Of a stretch of 64,000 bases of DNA, positions 30,232 to 42,684 are shown in pieces. How positions within the stretch are numbered: position 1 is the stretch's first letter; every line of letters begins with the position of its first letter. Source of the DNA: Trueperaceae bacterium (GTDB taxonomy: Bacteria > Deinococcota > Deinococci > Deinococcales > Trueperaceae). Made by a program: the position numbers and the translations under genes. Location: assembly GCA_965214405.1 (NCBI GenBank), contig OZ243956.1, forward strand, positions 800,001 through 864,000. The letters are read 5' to 3'. Below the pieces are notes generated by a model. The model saw only the letters and a program-made list of their open reading frames with translations, was not told where the DNA came from and made no database searches.

Positions 30232-30372
30232 AAGGTTCTCGTCACAAGCTCATCATAAAGATGTTTGCACAAGAAGGAGAGTGGATGTTTTACAGCCCGG
30301 AGCATTTCAGAAACCCTTAAATCCTCAAAGCCACCGTGCCGGGTGAGAGTGAGACGGTGACGCTCTGTTGGG

Positions 30373-30436
30373 ATCCCCCTAGCCCCCCTTGATAAGGGGG
30401 GAACAGTGCAAAAGTCTCCCTTCTCAAGGGGGATTT
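30373..30436. repeat. REP-like double palindrome
   Basis: CCCCCCTT-GAT-AAGGGGGG (30383-30401) and CTCCCTT-CTC-AAGGGGG (30416-30432), inside outer ATCCCCC/GGGGGAT arms. Confidence 0.7.
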
Positions 30437-30535
30437 GTCCGAATGAGGTGAGAACCTCATCGGGGGATCGGTTTTCGGTAAGACCCACTCAGCTATTCAT
30501 CAATACTTTCCACTCACTCGGCACTCGGTACTGTC

Positions 30536-32353
<1,818 letters not shown>

Positions 32354-32414
32354 GCTAGCGTTGGCTGTCTCCCAAAATGTCTTGCTTTAAGCACTGGACC
32401 ATCACCACACCTCA

Positions 32415-32696
32415 TCACCGTCTTTTTTCATAACGCCTTTCATAACGTCGTGGCCTAAACTCGCTCATGAGAAAGGGATACGCCACCAAGTAAACCGCGA
32501 GCACAAGCCCGAACTGGACCCAGACCCGGTCGAGGTAAGGCACGCCCAGCGTCGTCAGCGCCGCGAAAAGGAGCCCGACGGCGAGCGCGAACACGAGCGA
32601 CTTGAGCATGAGGCGCAGCACCTTGCCCACGGTAAGCTTGCGCGCGGCCTGCGCGGCTTGGAGTTTACTTTTGCGTTCACGATTCTTTTTCGACAT
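32415..32696 (-). CDS. small membrane protein
   Basis: Two TM helices; TACAAT-aggagt-ATG start. Confidence 0.7.
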   Translation of the reverse strand: MSKKNRERKSKLQAAQAARKLTVGKVLRLMLKSLVFALAVGLLFAALTTLGVPYLDRVWVQFGLVLAVYLVAYPFLMSEFRPRRYERRYEKRR

Positions 32697-32817
32697 ACTC
32701 CTATTGTAAAAGATACGGCGAGGAACTTCGGTGGGGCGGGGGTACGTTGGGGCTCCCGTGCTTACACTGTCGGCTGGCTTGCGGCGCGGGCGCGGGGGCT
32801 GCCGAACACTAAAGGGC

Positions 32818-33366
32818 GTGACTCCACCCTGGCTGCCCCTGCTCCAACACGCGTTAGAAGAGAACCAAAACGACCGCGCCGTCCAGGTGGCGACGGTGTC
32901 ACCTGATGGGGAGCCGGAAGTGCGAACGGTTATCCTGCGAGGTCTTTCGGAAGAAGGCGAACCCTACTTTTTTACGGACGCGCGCGCGGCCAAGGTGCGG
33001 GCGGCGGGAGCGGGGCTCGAGCTCTGCGCCTGGTGGGACGCTACAAAAGAGCAGTTCCGGCTACGCGGCCCCATCACCCTCATCACATCCGACGATTCAC
33101 CGTGGAACGAGCGCAGCCGGGAGTTGTGGGCGCACCGGGGCGAAAAGAGTCGTCAGTCTTTCTTAGGCGCGGCCCCCGGCACGCCGCTCGAGGAGACTTC
33201 TAACTCTGATAAATCTGAAGAAGACCAAGAGGAGCCACCTCAGACTTTTGTGTTGATGGTGGTGAAGCCGGAGCGGGTGGACTATCTCAAGCTGGGGGAA
33301 GAGCAAGAGAGGCGGGTGTGGTGGCTCGAGGGGGACGCTTGGCGGGGCGGGCTTGTGGTGCCGTGA
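32818..33366 (+). CDS. pyridoxamine 5'-phosphate oxidase family FMN-binding protein
   Basis: QVATV..G.P.VRTVILRG, TDARAAK, QFRLRG and VDYL motifs. Confidence 0.85.
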   Translation: MTPPWLPLLQHALEENQNDRAVQVATVSPDGEPEVRTVILRGLSEEGEPYFFTDARAAKVRAAGAGLELCAWWDATKEQFRLRGPITLITSDDSPWNERSRELWAHRGEKSRQSFLGAAPGTPLEETSNSDKSEEDQEEPPQTFVLMVVKPERVDYLKLGEEQERRVWWLEGDAWRGGLVVP

Positions 33367-33448
33367 GGTGGGGAGGTAAGCTTTTCCCTTCGTGAGTCAG
33401 CCCTTATACATTGACAATATGAGAAGCTGTCTTGTTTAATAAATCAGG

Positions 33449-34702
33449 ATGAGCCAACCGGATCAAGAAGTCAAATCTATCAAGATTAAAGATTTAGTTC
33501 TGTGGACCGAAAACCCACGCGATCCTATTGATGAGAATGCCACTGATCAAGATATAGTCGATAAAGCTTTCGATGACAGACTCTCCAAGTGGGATTTGAG
33601 TAAGTTGGCAAAGGAAGTGGGAGATTATTACGATTTCAGCGAGCTGCCGACAGTAGCTTATCATGGGTAGAAGCCGGTCGTTTACGACGGGAATAGAAGG
33701 ATCATCCTGGGAAAGATGAAGCATGGTTTTGTTGTCCCACCTGAAGCAACAAGAATACAAATCCCAAGTTTTCCGAAGGAGATACCATGCAACGTATGTG
33801 TTAAGGAAATAGCCTTGAGGAATATCTATAGAAAACATAGTGGTACAGGTTCTTGGCAACCTCTTGAACGAGATATTTTTCTTCACAAGTTTATGGGAGA
33901 GGAAAAAAGCACATTTCTTATTTTAGAGCAAGACACTGGAATTATCAGTGCGAATCCTCATCCGAATCAAGGTTTCGTAAGGAATGAAATCTTTAAGGAA
34001 GAAAGCTTGAAAACGTTAGGATTCACCGTTCAGGATAGAAGGTTAAATAGCGTACACAGTGATGAGGAGGCTTCCTCAATTCTTACTGACATTTCGCAAG
34101 AAATTAAGGAGAAGCAAATCACCACCCGAAAAAACAGAGGTAAAGTTAGAGATGTTTTAAGTCCATATTCTCAACGATTGATTGATAAAAACAAAAGCAA
34201 TGAATCGCATCCATATAAAACAGAGTTTGCCAAACCTGAAGATGAGAACAGAAAGCAGAGACAGTCAAAGCGCACAAATAAGAAGGAAAACGTACTGTTT
34301 GGAGGCAGGCTATACCTTCGTGTGGGAGAAGTAAGCAATTTTTATAGAGACATAGTGGATTTGCATCAGTTCTACATCGATAACAAAAATACGTTGTCAC
34401 AGTCATTTCCGGGCTTGATTAGGATGTCTTTACGTCTACTATGCGAAACAGCAGCCAAGGAGCAAAAGAAGGATTTTGACAGATATCTGAAAGAGAATTT
34501 CGATGAGGCAAAAGGGGAGCTAAGCAAAGACCTTAAAACTACCTTATCAAATCAGAACGTCAGCAGAGACAGCATTGTTCAGTTGCTACATACGGGAGCT
34601 CACATCTATCAGTCATCTACCAACATGGAGCAAACAGTGGCTATATCGGTAATTATTGGATCAATACTAACGATTACTCATGGTCGGGAGAACTTGTCTT
34701 GA
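33449..34702 (+). pseudogene. ParB/Srx-like N-terminal plus HEPN-like C-terminal protein with an in-frame TAG at 33668-33670
   Basis: ORFs 33449 and 33716 share a frame. Reading through the stop gives LWTENPR...YHG*KPVVYDGNRR. The region is AT-rich. Confidence 0.7.
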
Positions 34703-35037
34703 GCATTTACTATTCACCGTTGAGATATCCAGGTGGAAAGAACTGTATATTTCCATTTGTGTCTAACGTCTTTTATGAGAATCAGTTAATAGGCATTAGC
34801 TATGCAGAACCATACGCTGGGGGCGCTGGATTAGCCCTCAGACTTTTATTTGAGGGCTATGTAGATCATATTTACATTAACGATCTTGACAGGTCCATCT
34901 TTGCCTTCTGGTACTGCGTTATCAACCGGCCTGATGAATTGTGCGGCTGGATTGAAGATGTTGATGTTTCCGTTACTAGTTGGAATAAGTACCGGGAAGT
35001 GCAGAGACGTGCTAATGAGGTGGACCTTCTCGAGCTA

Positions 35038-35957
35038 GGGTCTGTCTGACTAATCAAAGCCAGAGGATGATGGAGGCGAGGAGCACACCAGCACGGTAGT
35101 TTCTGCCGCGTTTGTCGTAGCGGGTGGCAACGGCGCGAAAGTCTTTAAGTCGGTTGATGCAGCGTTCGACCACGTTACGTCCTTTGTAGGCTTGCTTATC
35201 GAAAGCAGGAGGTCGTCCACCTTTTGTGCCCTTAGACAAGCGAGACTTCTTGGCATCTTCGCGCTCGGGGCTGATACAGATGATGCCCCTGCGCCTTAGT
35301 ATCTTCCGCTGCTTGTTGAAACCATAAGCGCGGTCGAGTCTAAGCTGAGGGGGGCGCTTACGCGGTCGCCCTCTGCCAAGGCGGGGCACATAAATCTCGT
35401 CCAAGACCGGCTCTAGCCAAGCGGCGTCGTTGCGCTGTCCCGCCGTGATGACCACGGACAGGGGTCGCACTTTGCCGTCCGCGCAGGTATGCACCTTGCT
35501 GGTGTGGCCTCCGCGTGAGTGTCCCAGCCACTCGTCTGCTAAGGTCCCCTTTTTTCACCCTCAGCAGGCCGCTTCCTCGCCCCGCTGGCGCTGCGGTGCG
35601 CTTTAATATGAGAGCTGTCTAACGCTGCGCCGTCCCAATCAATCTCACCCGCCGCATCGGCGTGAGCTTGAAGCCTGTGCAGGATGCGCTTCCAGACACC
35701 GTTGCGCTCCCACCTCGTGAAGCGGTCCCAGCAGGTCTGCCAAGGTCCGTAGCGTTCAGGAACGTCGCGCCAGGGAGCGCCTGTTTTCAAGCGCCACGAA
35801 ATGCCGTTGATGACCTGTCGGTGGTTGCGGTAGTTGTGACCCCGTTGGGGATTGGGGGGTAGATGCGGTTTTAGTGCTTGCCACTGCTGCTCTTTTAGGT
35901 CTGTTCGTGCCATACGCCTACCCTAAACCATCTTCATCCCTTCTGTCAGACAGACCC
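35038..35957 (-). mobile_element. IS5-family (IS427-like) insertion sequence, 920 bp
   Basis: Perfect 13-bp terminal inverted repeats GGGTCTGTCTGAC/GTCAGACAGACCC with a TA duplication in a CTAG target. Confidence 0.93.
35054..35913 (-). CDS. IS5-family transposase, two ORFs joined by a -1 frameshift
   Basis: orfA has [19 protein letters not shown] and DSS; orfB has [24 protein letters not shown] and ATRYDK. An A6G4 run lies at about 35546-35555. Confidence 0.9.
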
Positions 35958-36645
35958 TAGCCAGATCGACATTTTTCCTTAATAGGACGAACGTTTCAGG
36001 CATTATAAAAGGTGGTGTAATTGGGGGGCAAGCGCAGAAGGGAAGATACAAAATCGACGCGAGGTTCAATAAGCAAGATTTGATTAGCAGAATCCAGAAA
36101 ATAGCGACTATCGGAAACCGTATTTCAGTGTCAAACCTTGATGGGTTATCTTTTATCTCCGGATTGAACAGGAAACGAAAGAATATATTTATTTATCTCG
36201 ATCCACCTTATTATAAGAAAGGTGCTGACCTTTACATGAATTTTTACTCAGTCGAGGATCACGTCAAGCTATCAAAAAAGATTCATAAGCTAGCCAAAAC
36301 GTGGATGGTTTCTTACGACAATCAAGAATTCATCCTAAACTTGTACGCAGAATTTAACACGATTTCGTATAGATTGTCTCAATCAGCATCAAACAGAGTT
36401 GGTGAGGAGATTTTAGTTTTCTCTGATAGTTTGAACTTTGTTAGTTCAGTTAAAGCGCTTAACTCTCCAATTTTAAATGGAAGAAGCATTGAGGCTGAAA
36501 CAGGCCTTACCTAAGCTTATTCGTAACACGTCTCCTGCTCACCCCCGCCCCCACGCTGCCAATTAAAACGTCAAGCAACTGCACGCAGTGTAGCCTAGAG
36601 GCATGATACAGGCCGTGGTAGGATTAGGAGAAGATCGGAGGTCCT

Positions 36646-37227
36646 ATGACATCCCCCCTATTTGCAGCGCCCGAGGCGACCGTGGAAGACCTCTACGGCG
36701 TGCCGGACAACGCCAAAGCAGAAATCGTGAATGGGAAGCTGATGTTGATGCCGCCTACAGGAATCGAGCCGGGTTACGCTGGCGATGAGATTTTCGTGTC
36801 ACTGCGCGAGTATGCCAGGCGAACGGGAAGAGGACGCGCTGTAGGAGACAACAAAGGCTTTCTCGTGGATTTACCGCATCGCAAGTCGTTTAGCCCCGAC
36901 GCAGCCTACTATTTGGGCAAGCCAATTGGCATGAAATTTTATGAAGGTGCTCCGGTTTTTGCCGTTGAAGTGCGGAGCGAGAACGATTACGGACCCGCGG
37001 CAGAGGGGGAGATGGCGGCGAAGAGAGCCGACTATTTTGCCAGTGGCACGCAAGTTGTTTGGGACGTAGATTTACGGGGTGATGAGAGCGGTAAATTCAT
37101 CCGCGTTCACCGGACCAGCGACCCGGAACATGCAACCCTCTATAGGAGTGGTGACGTTGCCGAAGCAGAACCGGCGTTGCCGGGTTGGCGGTTTCCGGTT
37201 GACACGCTTGATGACTTGTTGGAATAG
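36646..37227 (+). CDS. Uma2 family endonuclease
   Basis: EIVNG, SPDAAY, AVEVRS, K..DYF..G..VVWDVD and LPGW motifs. Confidence 0.9.
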   Translation: MTSPLFAAPEATVEDLYGVPDNAKAEIVNGKLMLMPPTGIEPGYAGDEIFVSLREYARRTGRGRAVGDNKGFLVDLPHRKSFSPDAAYYLGKPIGMKFYEGAPVFAVEVRSENDYGPAAEGEMAAKRADYFASGTQVVWDVDLRGDESGKFIRVHRTSDPEHATLYRSGDVAEAEPALPGWRFPVDTLDDLLE

Positions 37228-37266
37228 TGTTGACAGCCGCCTGAGAGTGTTTTTGGCAACTAGGGC

Positions 37267-38229
37267 CTAGCTCATCCCCCTCCCCCGCGCCGCCACCGCG
37301 CACCCCAAGGCAATCGAATTAAACTTCGTCTCGGCGCTGTCCGCGCGGCTCACCAGCACAATCGGTGCCCTGGCCCCCGCGATGATGCCCGCCACCTTCG
37401 CGCCGCCAAAGTAGATGAGCGACTTGTAAAACACGTTTCCCACGTCGATGTTGTCCACAATGAGCACGTCCGCACGGCCCGCCACCTCCGACTTGATGTT
37501 TTTGACCCGCGCGGCGTGCGGGTCCACTGCATTGTCGAGCGCCAGCGGGCCGTCCACCAAAGCCCCCTTGATTTGCCCGCGGTCGGCCATTTTGGCGATG
37601 ATGGCGGTGTCAACGCTCGTGCGCTGCGCCACGTCCACCGTTTCGATGGCGGCCAGGAGCGCCACGTTGGGCATCTCGACGCCCAAAAGGTGCGCGACGC
37701 CCACTGCGTTTTTGACGATGTCGAGTTTGAGCGACAAGTCGGGCGAGATGTTGAGCGCGCCGTCGCTCATGAGGAGGAGGCGTTCGAAGCGGCTCGAGTC
37801 GATCACCAACACGTGCGAAAGTTTGCCGGTGCTCCGCAGGCCGTACTCTTTGTTCAAGACCTCGCGCATGAGCGCGGCGGTCTGGATGTAGCCCTTCATC
37901 AGCACGTCACACGCGCCGCTTGACACCGCCTGCACCGCCCGCCGCGCGGCCTCGAGCTTGCTCTGGGTGGGCTCGAGCTGGACTTGCGACAAGGGGAGGT
38001 CATAGCGTTCGCAGAGCGCGGTCGTCTCTACCTCGTCCCCAAAAAGGTGCGGCGTAATCCAGCCCGCGCGGAACGCCTCCGCCACCGCCTCGACGACGTG
38101 GTCTTCCGCCGCGCTCGCTACGGCCAAGCGTAGCGGCCCGTTCTCCTGAGCGGCCTCGCTGGCGACCTGGTGAACGTCGGCCATGCTGGTGCAGCGGCCA
38201 AAGGTAAGGGTGTCTAAAGTGTCGGTCAT
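37267..38229 (-). CDS. phosphate butyryl/acetyltransferase family protein
   Basis: LMKG, SDGALNISP, DGPLALDNAV, GNVFYK and SRADS motifs. Confidence 0.88.
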   Translation of the reverse strand: MTDTLDTLTFGRCTSMADVHQVASEAAQENGPLRLAVASAAEDHVVEAVAEAFRAGWITPHLFGDEVETTALCERYDLPLSQVQLEPTQSKLEAARRAVQAVSSGACDVLMKGYIQTAALMREVLNKEYGLRSTGKLSHVLVIDSSRFERLLLMSDGALNISPDLSLKLDIVKNAVGVAHLLGVEMPNVALLAAIETVDVAQRTSVDTAIIAKMADRGQIKGALVDGPLALDNAVDPHAARVKNIKSEVAGRADVLIVDNIDVGNVFYKSLIYFGGAKVAGIIAGARAPIVLVSRADSAETKFNSIALGCAVAARGRGMS

Positions 38230-38290
38230 AGGCTCGAGCTTAACCCGAACGTCGGGGAGATTTTGAGAGCTGGTGCCGATTCGAGCCCGG

Positions 38291-39946
38291 TCAGGTAATC
38301 TTGAGCACCGGGTCGTGAAGGAGGAGGATGCGCTCGCGTTGGAGGGCGTCTAGGGTTCTCGAGAGCGTCGTCGGGTCTTCAGTGCTCGGCAAGAGGAGCT
38401 TTGCGGGGGCGGTGACATTCCACACGGGCGCGTTGTGGCGCAGTCCGGCAATTTCCTTGGCGCGCACTAAACCTGTTTCGATGTCCCCAAGTTCGTCTAT
38501 CAAACCCACCGACAGCGCGTCCGCCCCCGACCAGATGCGGCCTCGCCCGAGTTCGTTCACGCGCGTGGGCGTCAGCCCGCGACCCTCGGCCACCCGCCCG
38601 ACGAAGCGGCCATAGGTTTCTTCAATCGAACGCCTGACCAGCGCGCGTTCGGCGTCGTCGAAGGGATGGGAGGGGGAAAAGGTGAGCGCGAAGCGGCCCC
38701 GGCGCACCGCCTCGGGGTTGAAGCCGTACTTGTCGTTAAACTCTTCCAGCACGGGTTTGGCCGTCACCACGCCGATGGAACCCGTGAGGGTGGTGGGCGC
38801 GGCGATCACGTGGTCGGCGTGGGTCAGGACGTAGTAGCCGCCGCTCGCCGCGAGGCTGCCCATCACGGCAATCACAGGCTTTTTGGACTTGATGCGCGCC
38901 ACCTCGCGCCAGATGAGGTCACTCGCCAAGGCCGAGCCGCCGCCCGAATCGACGTAAAAGACGATGGCGGCGATGTGTTCATCCTTTTCGGCGGCGCGAA
39001 AGGCAGCGAGGAGCGTGTCCGAGCCCGCCTGGAGCGCGCCCACGAGCGGGAGCGGTACGGGCGAGCGCTGCGACTTGCCCGTCACGATAATGCCGAGAAG
39101 CGAAACTACCGCGACGCCTTTGCCTGAAGCCTGCGGCTCGCGGCGCAAGAACCGTGAGGCCGCGGCAAGCGGTTTGTGCTCCTTACCAAGCACCTCGTCC
39201 TCATAGGCCACGCGGTCGATCATGCCGAGTTCTAAAGCCCGCGCCGCCGAGGTGACGCCCTCGTCTATCCAGCCCCGTACGGTCTCCGGCGTGGTGCCCC
39301 GCGCCGCCGCGATGCGCTCTAACACCGTCGCCTCGAGACTCGCCAGCAGCGCCTCCAACTGCTCCCGCTGCGCCGCGCTCATCTCCTGACGGACGAACTG
39401 GTCACCGGCGTTTTTGTACTCTTTGATGGCGAGTTTATCAAAACTCACCCCAAAACGCGCGAGGGCGTCGCGCATGAAGGTCGTCTCGAGTGCGAATCCC
39501 GTCACAAAAAGCTCCGCGCCGGGCGGCATCACAACTTCATCCACCGAAGCGGCGACGTAATAGCGCGGCAGGTCGAGCCGGGTGAGGTAGCAAACGGTGC
39601 GCTTCCCGGCGCGTTTGAGCTCGTTCACGAGCCGCCCGAGTGCGTAAGCGGTGGTTAGGTTGACGTCGAGCCCCTCGAGCCGAAACACCACCCCGTCCAG
39701 CCACGGGGCCGCGGCGAGGGCGTTGACGGTTTTTTGGAGGGACTCGAGCGAGTCATCTTTGGGGCCAATTTCGGGTGGAAAGGTGAGAAGTTTGCGCCGC
39801 CGCTTACGCGCGGGGTAGGAGCCCGAAAGCTCCACCACCAGCCACTTGGGGCGTTCGCCGGGAAGTGCGGCGACGGCGTTTTTGAGCGCGACTCCGGCGT
39901 TGTGGCGCAGGGTCGGCAAGTCCTTGAAATCAAAAGAACGTTCCAT
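38291..39946 (-). CDS. sppA: signal peptide peptidase SppA (long form)
   Basis: YKNA, DSGGGSA, AASGGYY, TGSIGV and GRIWSG motifs. Confidence 0.92.
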   Translation of the reverse strand: MERSFDFKDLPTLRHNAGVALKNAVAALPGERPKWLVVELSGSYPARKRRRKLLTFPPEIGPKDDSLESLQKTVNALAAAPWLDGVVFRLEGLDVNLTTAYALGRLVNELKRAGKRTVCYLTRLDLPRYYVAASVDEVVMPPGAELFVTGFALETTFMRDALARFGVSFDKLAIKEYKNAGDQFVRQEMSAAQREQLEALLASLEATVLERIAAARGTTPETVRGWIDEGVTSAARALELGMIDRVAYEDEVLGKEHKPLAAASRFLRREPQASGKGVAVVSLLGIIVTGKSQRSPVPLPLVGALQAGSDTLLAAFRAAEKDEHIAAIVFYVDSGGGSALASDLIWREVARIKSKKPVIAVMGSLAASGGYYVLTHADHVIAAPTTLTGSIGVVTAKPVLEEFNDKYGFNPEAVRRGRFALTFSPSHPFDDAERALVRRSIEETYGRFVGRVAEGRGLTPTRVNELGRGRIWSGADALSVGLIDELGDIETGLVRAKEIAGLRHNAPVWNVTAPAKLLLPSTEDPTTLSRTLDALQRERILLLHDPVLKIT

Positions 39947-40018
39947 ACCCTAAGTGTACGCTTCATCTTCTTCGGCAAACCGTCATCTTTGGCGGGCTCC
40001 GGCAGGATAAACTAGAGC

Positions 40019-40924
40019 GTGTTACGGCAATTTTTGCGCTTTATGAGTTTGGCCCTTCTCCTCATCCTGCTAAGTTGCGCGCCCTCGACAAATAAACGTG
40101 TGCAAGCTCAAGTTACGCCGACTCAGTCCCCACCTACCGAGGCATCACAAGGCGTTCGGCCCTCGAGCGGCTGCACCCGCCCCGCCCCCCAAAGCCCGCC
40201 CACCACCTTGACGGTAGACGGACGCAACCGCAGCCTCATCGCCGCCCTGCCGGAGGGTTACGACCCAACCGTCCCCCACGACATGGTCATCGCTTTTCAC
40301 GGCCTCACCAATTCGAACGAGCGGGTGAGGAGGTATTACGGGCTCGAGCAGGACGCCCCAAACACTCTCTTTCTCTATCCCAGTGGGCTGCGTTCCGGCA
40401 GCACCTACAGTTGGTCGGACCCCGGCGACCCTTCCGACAACCTCAGAGACTATGAGCTTTTCGACGCGATGCTCTCCACCTACGCCGCCGACTACTGCCT
40501 CGACCTCAACCGTATATTTGTCGTGGGTCACTCTCTGGGGGCCTGGTTCGCCAACTCGCTCGCCTGCGCGCGCGGGGCCGAAGTTCGCGGGGCGGGCACG
40601 CTCGGGGGCGGCGTGTCCTCTTCGGCGTGTACGGGTGAGGTGGCGGCAATTGTTTTTCACAACCCGAATGACCGGCTGGTACCTTTTTCACAAGGGGAGG
40701 CGGCGCGGGATGCGTTTATTAAGCAGGGCGGTTTATCTACTGTCTCGGTAGCGGGGGAGCCTCGAGCCTTCCGTTGCCAGCGCTACGGCCCGCCGGGCAC
40801 GCGTAACCCGGTGGTGTGGTGCCCGCACACCTTTGACTATGGCTATAACGGGCGCTACTACCCGCACAACTGGCCGGAGGGAACGGGCGCGGCCATCATG
40901 AACTTTTTTGCGTCTTTGCCGTAG
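40019..40924 (+). CDS. lipoprotein alpha/beta hydrolase (PHB depolymerase/LpqP-like esterase)
   Basis: Lipobox LLSC; AFHG, GHSLG nucleophile elbow, H...D..VP and HNWP. Confidence 0.8.
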   Translation: MLRQFLRFMSLALLLILLSCAPSTNKRVQAQVTPTQSPPTEASQGVRPSSGCTRPAPQSPPTTLTVDGRNRSLIAALPEGYDPTVPHDMVIAFHGLTNSNERVRRYYGLEQDAPNTLFLYPSGLRSGSTYSWSDPGDPSDNLRDYELFDAMLSTYAADYCLDLNRIFVVGHSLGAWFANSLACARGAEVRGAGTLGGGVSSSACTGEVAAIVFHNPNDRLVPFSQGEAARDAFIKQGGLSTVSVAGEPRAFRCQRYGPPGTRNPVVWCPHTFDYGYNGRYYPHNWPEGTGAAIMNFFASLP

Positions 40925-41004
40925 GGAAACGCTTTGACGAGTCCCACCTGATGCCTGTACCCAAAGCCGTCCCCCGGAAGAAGCGCAGACGTTAAACTTG
41001 GCAG

Positions 41005-42186
41005 GTGCGTTCGTTCATTCTCTTTCTCGCCCGTAAGCACGTCCGTCACCGCGCCTTGCAGAGCGGGCTCACCATCGTGGGCGTGGCGGTCGGGGTGATG
41101 GTCGTGGTGACGGCGCTCTCGCTCACGAACGGGTTTATTGAAGAACTCATCAGCTCGACGCTCAAGGCCACCCCGCACGTGACCCTGACGAGCTTTGACG
41201 GGAGTCTTCTTAACGATGACCCCACCACTTTAGAGCGCATCGCCACCTATCCCGGCGTGGTCGCGGCGAGTCCCTTTTTAGCGGCGCAGGCGCTCATCTC
41301 GAGGCGTGCCAACGCCACGCTGGGCGTGTCCGGGCGGGGCGGTTACACGCAGATTTTGGGCATCGACCCGGTTTTAGAGCGCGAAGTGCTCTCGCTCGAG
41401 GCGCTCAACACCGACGCCAACGAATTGGCGGGCGACACGAGCATCATTTTGGGTGAGACGCTCGCCTTTAACACCCTGGGCGTTTTTCCCGGCGACGAGG
41501 TGTTCGTCCGCGATATCGCGGGGCTCAGCCGCACCTTTATCGTGGCCGACACCTCGCGCGTCGGCAATGAACTGATTGACGCCGTTGTGTCTTACGTGTC
41601 TTTGCCCACGCTCCAGGATTTCTTGCGCGCGTCGGATGAGATCAGCGGCTATCACGTGCGGGTGCGCGACCCCGAAGAGGCCGGAAGGATTGCTCGAGAA
41701 CTCGGCGCAACTTTTGAACTCCTGCCGACCTCGTGGGAAAATCTTTTCAGTTCGCTTATTGACCAACTCCGGCTGCAACGCGCGCTCATCAGCGCGGTCA
41801 CCTTTCTTATCGTGCTCGTTGCGGCGATGGGGATTGCCAATATTCTCATCCTAACGGTGAGTGAAAAAACGGAGGAAATCGCGGTGTTGCGGGCGCTCGG
41901 CGCGTCGCAGCGGCAGATTTTGGCGGTGTTTACGCTCGAGGGGCTGCTCTTGGGCGGCGCGGGTACACTCTTGGGCGCGCTTTTAGGTTTGGGGCTGTCC
42001 GCTTACTTCAAATTTCAGCCCTACCCCCTGCCCGGCGACCTCTACTTCATCACCCAGTTGCCCGTCGAGCTTCGCGCCTGGGACTTTATCTGGGTGTGCA
42101 GCCTTTCCGTCGTCACGAGCGTAGTGGCCGCCTTTATCCCGGCGCGGCGGGCGAGCAGCCTGAATCCGGCGGAGATTTTGAGGTAG
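41005..42186 (+). CDS. ABC transporter permease, LolC/E-FtsX family
   Basis: GVAVGV..LSLTNGF, EIAVLRALGA and PARRAS.LNPAEILR motifs. Confidence 0.88.
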   Translation: MRSFILFLARKHVRHRALQSGLTIVGVAVGVMVVVTALSLTNGFIEELISSTLKATPHVTLTSFDGSLLNDDPTTLERIATYPGVVAASPFLAAQALISRRANATLGVSGRGGYTQILGIDPVLEREVLSLEALNTDANELAGDTSIILGETLAFNTLGVFPGDEVFVRDIAGLSRTFIVADTSRVGNELIDAVVSYVSLPTLQDFLRASDEISGYHVRVRDPEEAGRIARELGATFELLPTSWENLFSSLIDQLRLQRALISAVTFLIVLVAAMGIANILILTVSEKTEEIAVLRALGASQRQILAVFTLEGLLLGGAGTLLGALLGLGLSAYFKFQPYPLPGDLYFITQLPVELRAWDFIWVCSLSVVTSVVAAFIPARRASSLNPAEILR

Positions 42187-42300
42187 GCGGTAGCAGGTAT
42201 TATCTGGTCTGAGACGGATTCAGTTTATGCTTTACCATCTAAGACGTAGTTACAATGCTGATACCTGCGCCCAATTTGCTTAATATCAACGCAAATCGCT

Positions 42301-42684
42301 CTACTCCACCGCCAGCGAAAACTGCCGCGCGACCTGCCCCCCATACGTCACCACCGCGCGCCACTCCCCTGGCGTGAGGGTTACATCGTCGGGCAGCGCG
42401 AAATCGGTTGTTTGCGGGTTGGAGGAGGCCTCGAACCAAATGGAGTCCGACGCCACCTCCTGATTACGGGGGCTCAGCCACTGCACCGCCACCCAACCCG
42501 CGGTGGGCACTTCTGTTACGCGCAGCGAGAGCCGCAGCCCGGTTGCCTCTCTAAAAAGTTGGGACGAGGGGGCCACGGTAAAGGTGGGCGGGGGCGTCGC
42601 TTCCGTTCGGGGGATAGGCGGGATGTAGGTGTAGGTGCAGGCAGAGAGGAGGAGGGCGAGGCCAAAAAGGAGAGCGTAGCGCAT
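42301..42684 (-). CDS. hypothetical lipoprotein
   Basis: Lipobox LSAC; TATAAT-6 nt-ATG start. Confidence 0.7.
   Translation of the reverse strand: MRYALLFGLALLLSACTYTYIPPIPRTEATPPPTFTVAPSSQLFREATGLRLSLRVTEVPTAGWVAVQWLSPRNQEVASDSIWFEASSNPQTTDFALPDDVTLTPGEWRAVVTYGGQVARQFSLAVE

Larger units (their letters stand above)
34699..36514 (+). pseudogene. DNA adenine methylase (Dam/D12 class) interrupted by an IS5-family element
   Basis: SPLRYPGGK and EPYAGGAG before the IS; STFFLNRTNVSGII and YLDPPYY after it. Removing the IS restores the frame (ELARSTFF). Confidence 0.92.

Noticed and set aside
30228..30488. 86-aa ORF
   Set aside because: Mostly a translation of the palindromic repeat element, with no family motif.
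33668..33670. Amber readthrough or pyrrolysine recoding in the ParB-like gene
   Set aside because: No pyl machinery or recoding signal is visible. A nonsense mutation is simpler, given the broken partner gene.
33374..36518. Short AGGTAAG/CTTACCT and TAAGCTT matches at the island edges as att sites
   Set aside because: Only 7 bp long with no integrase nearby, which is compatible with chance.
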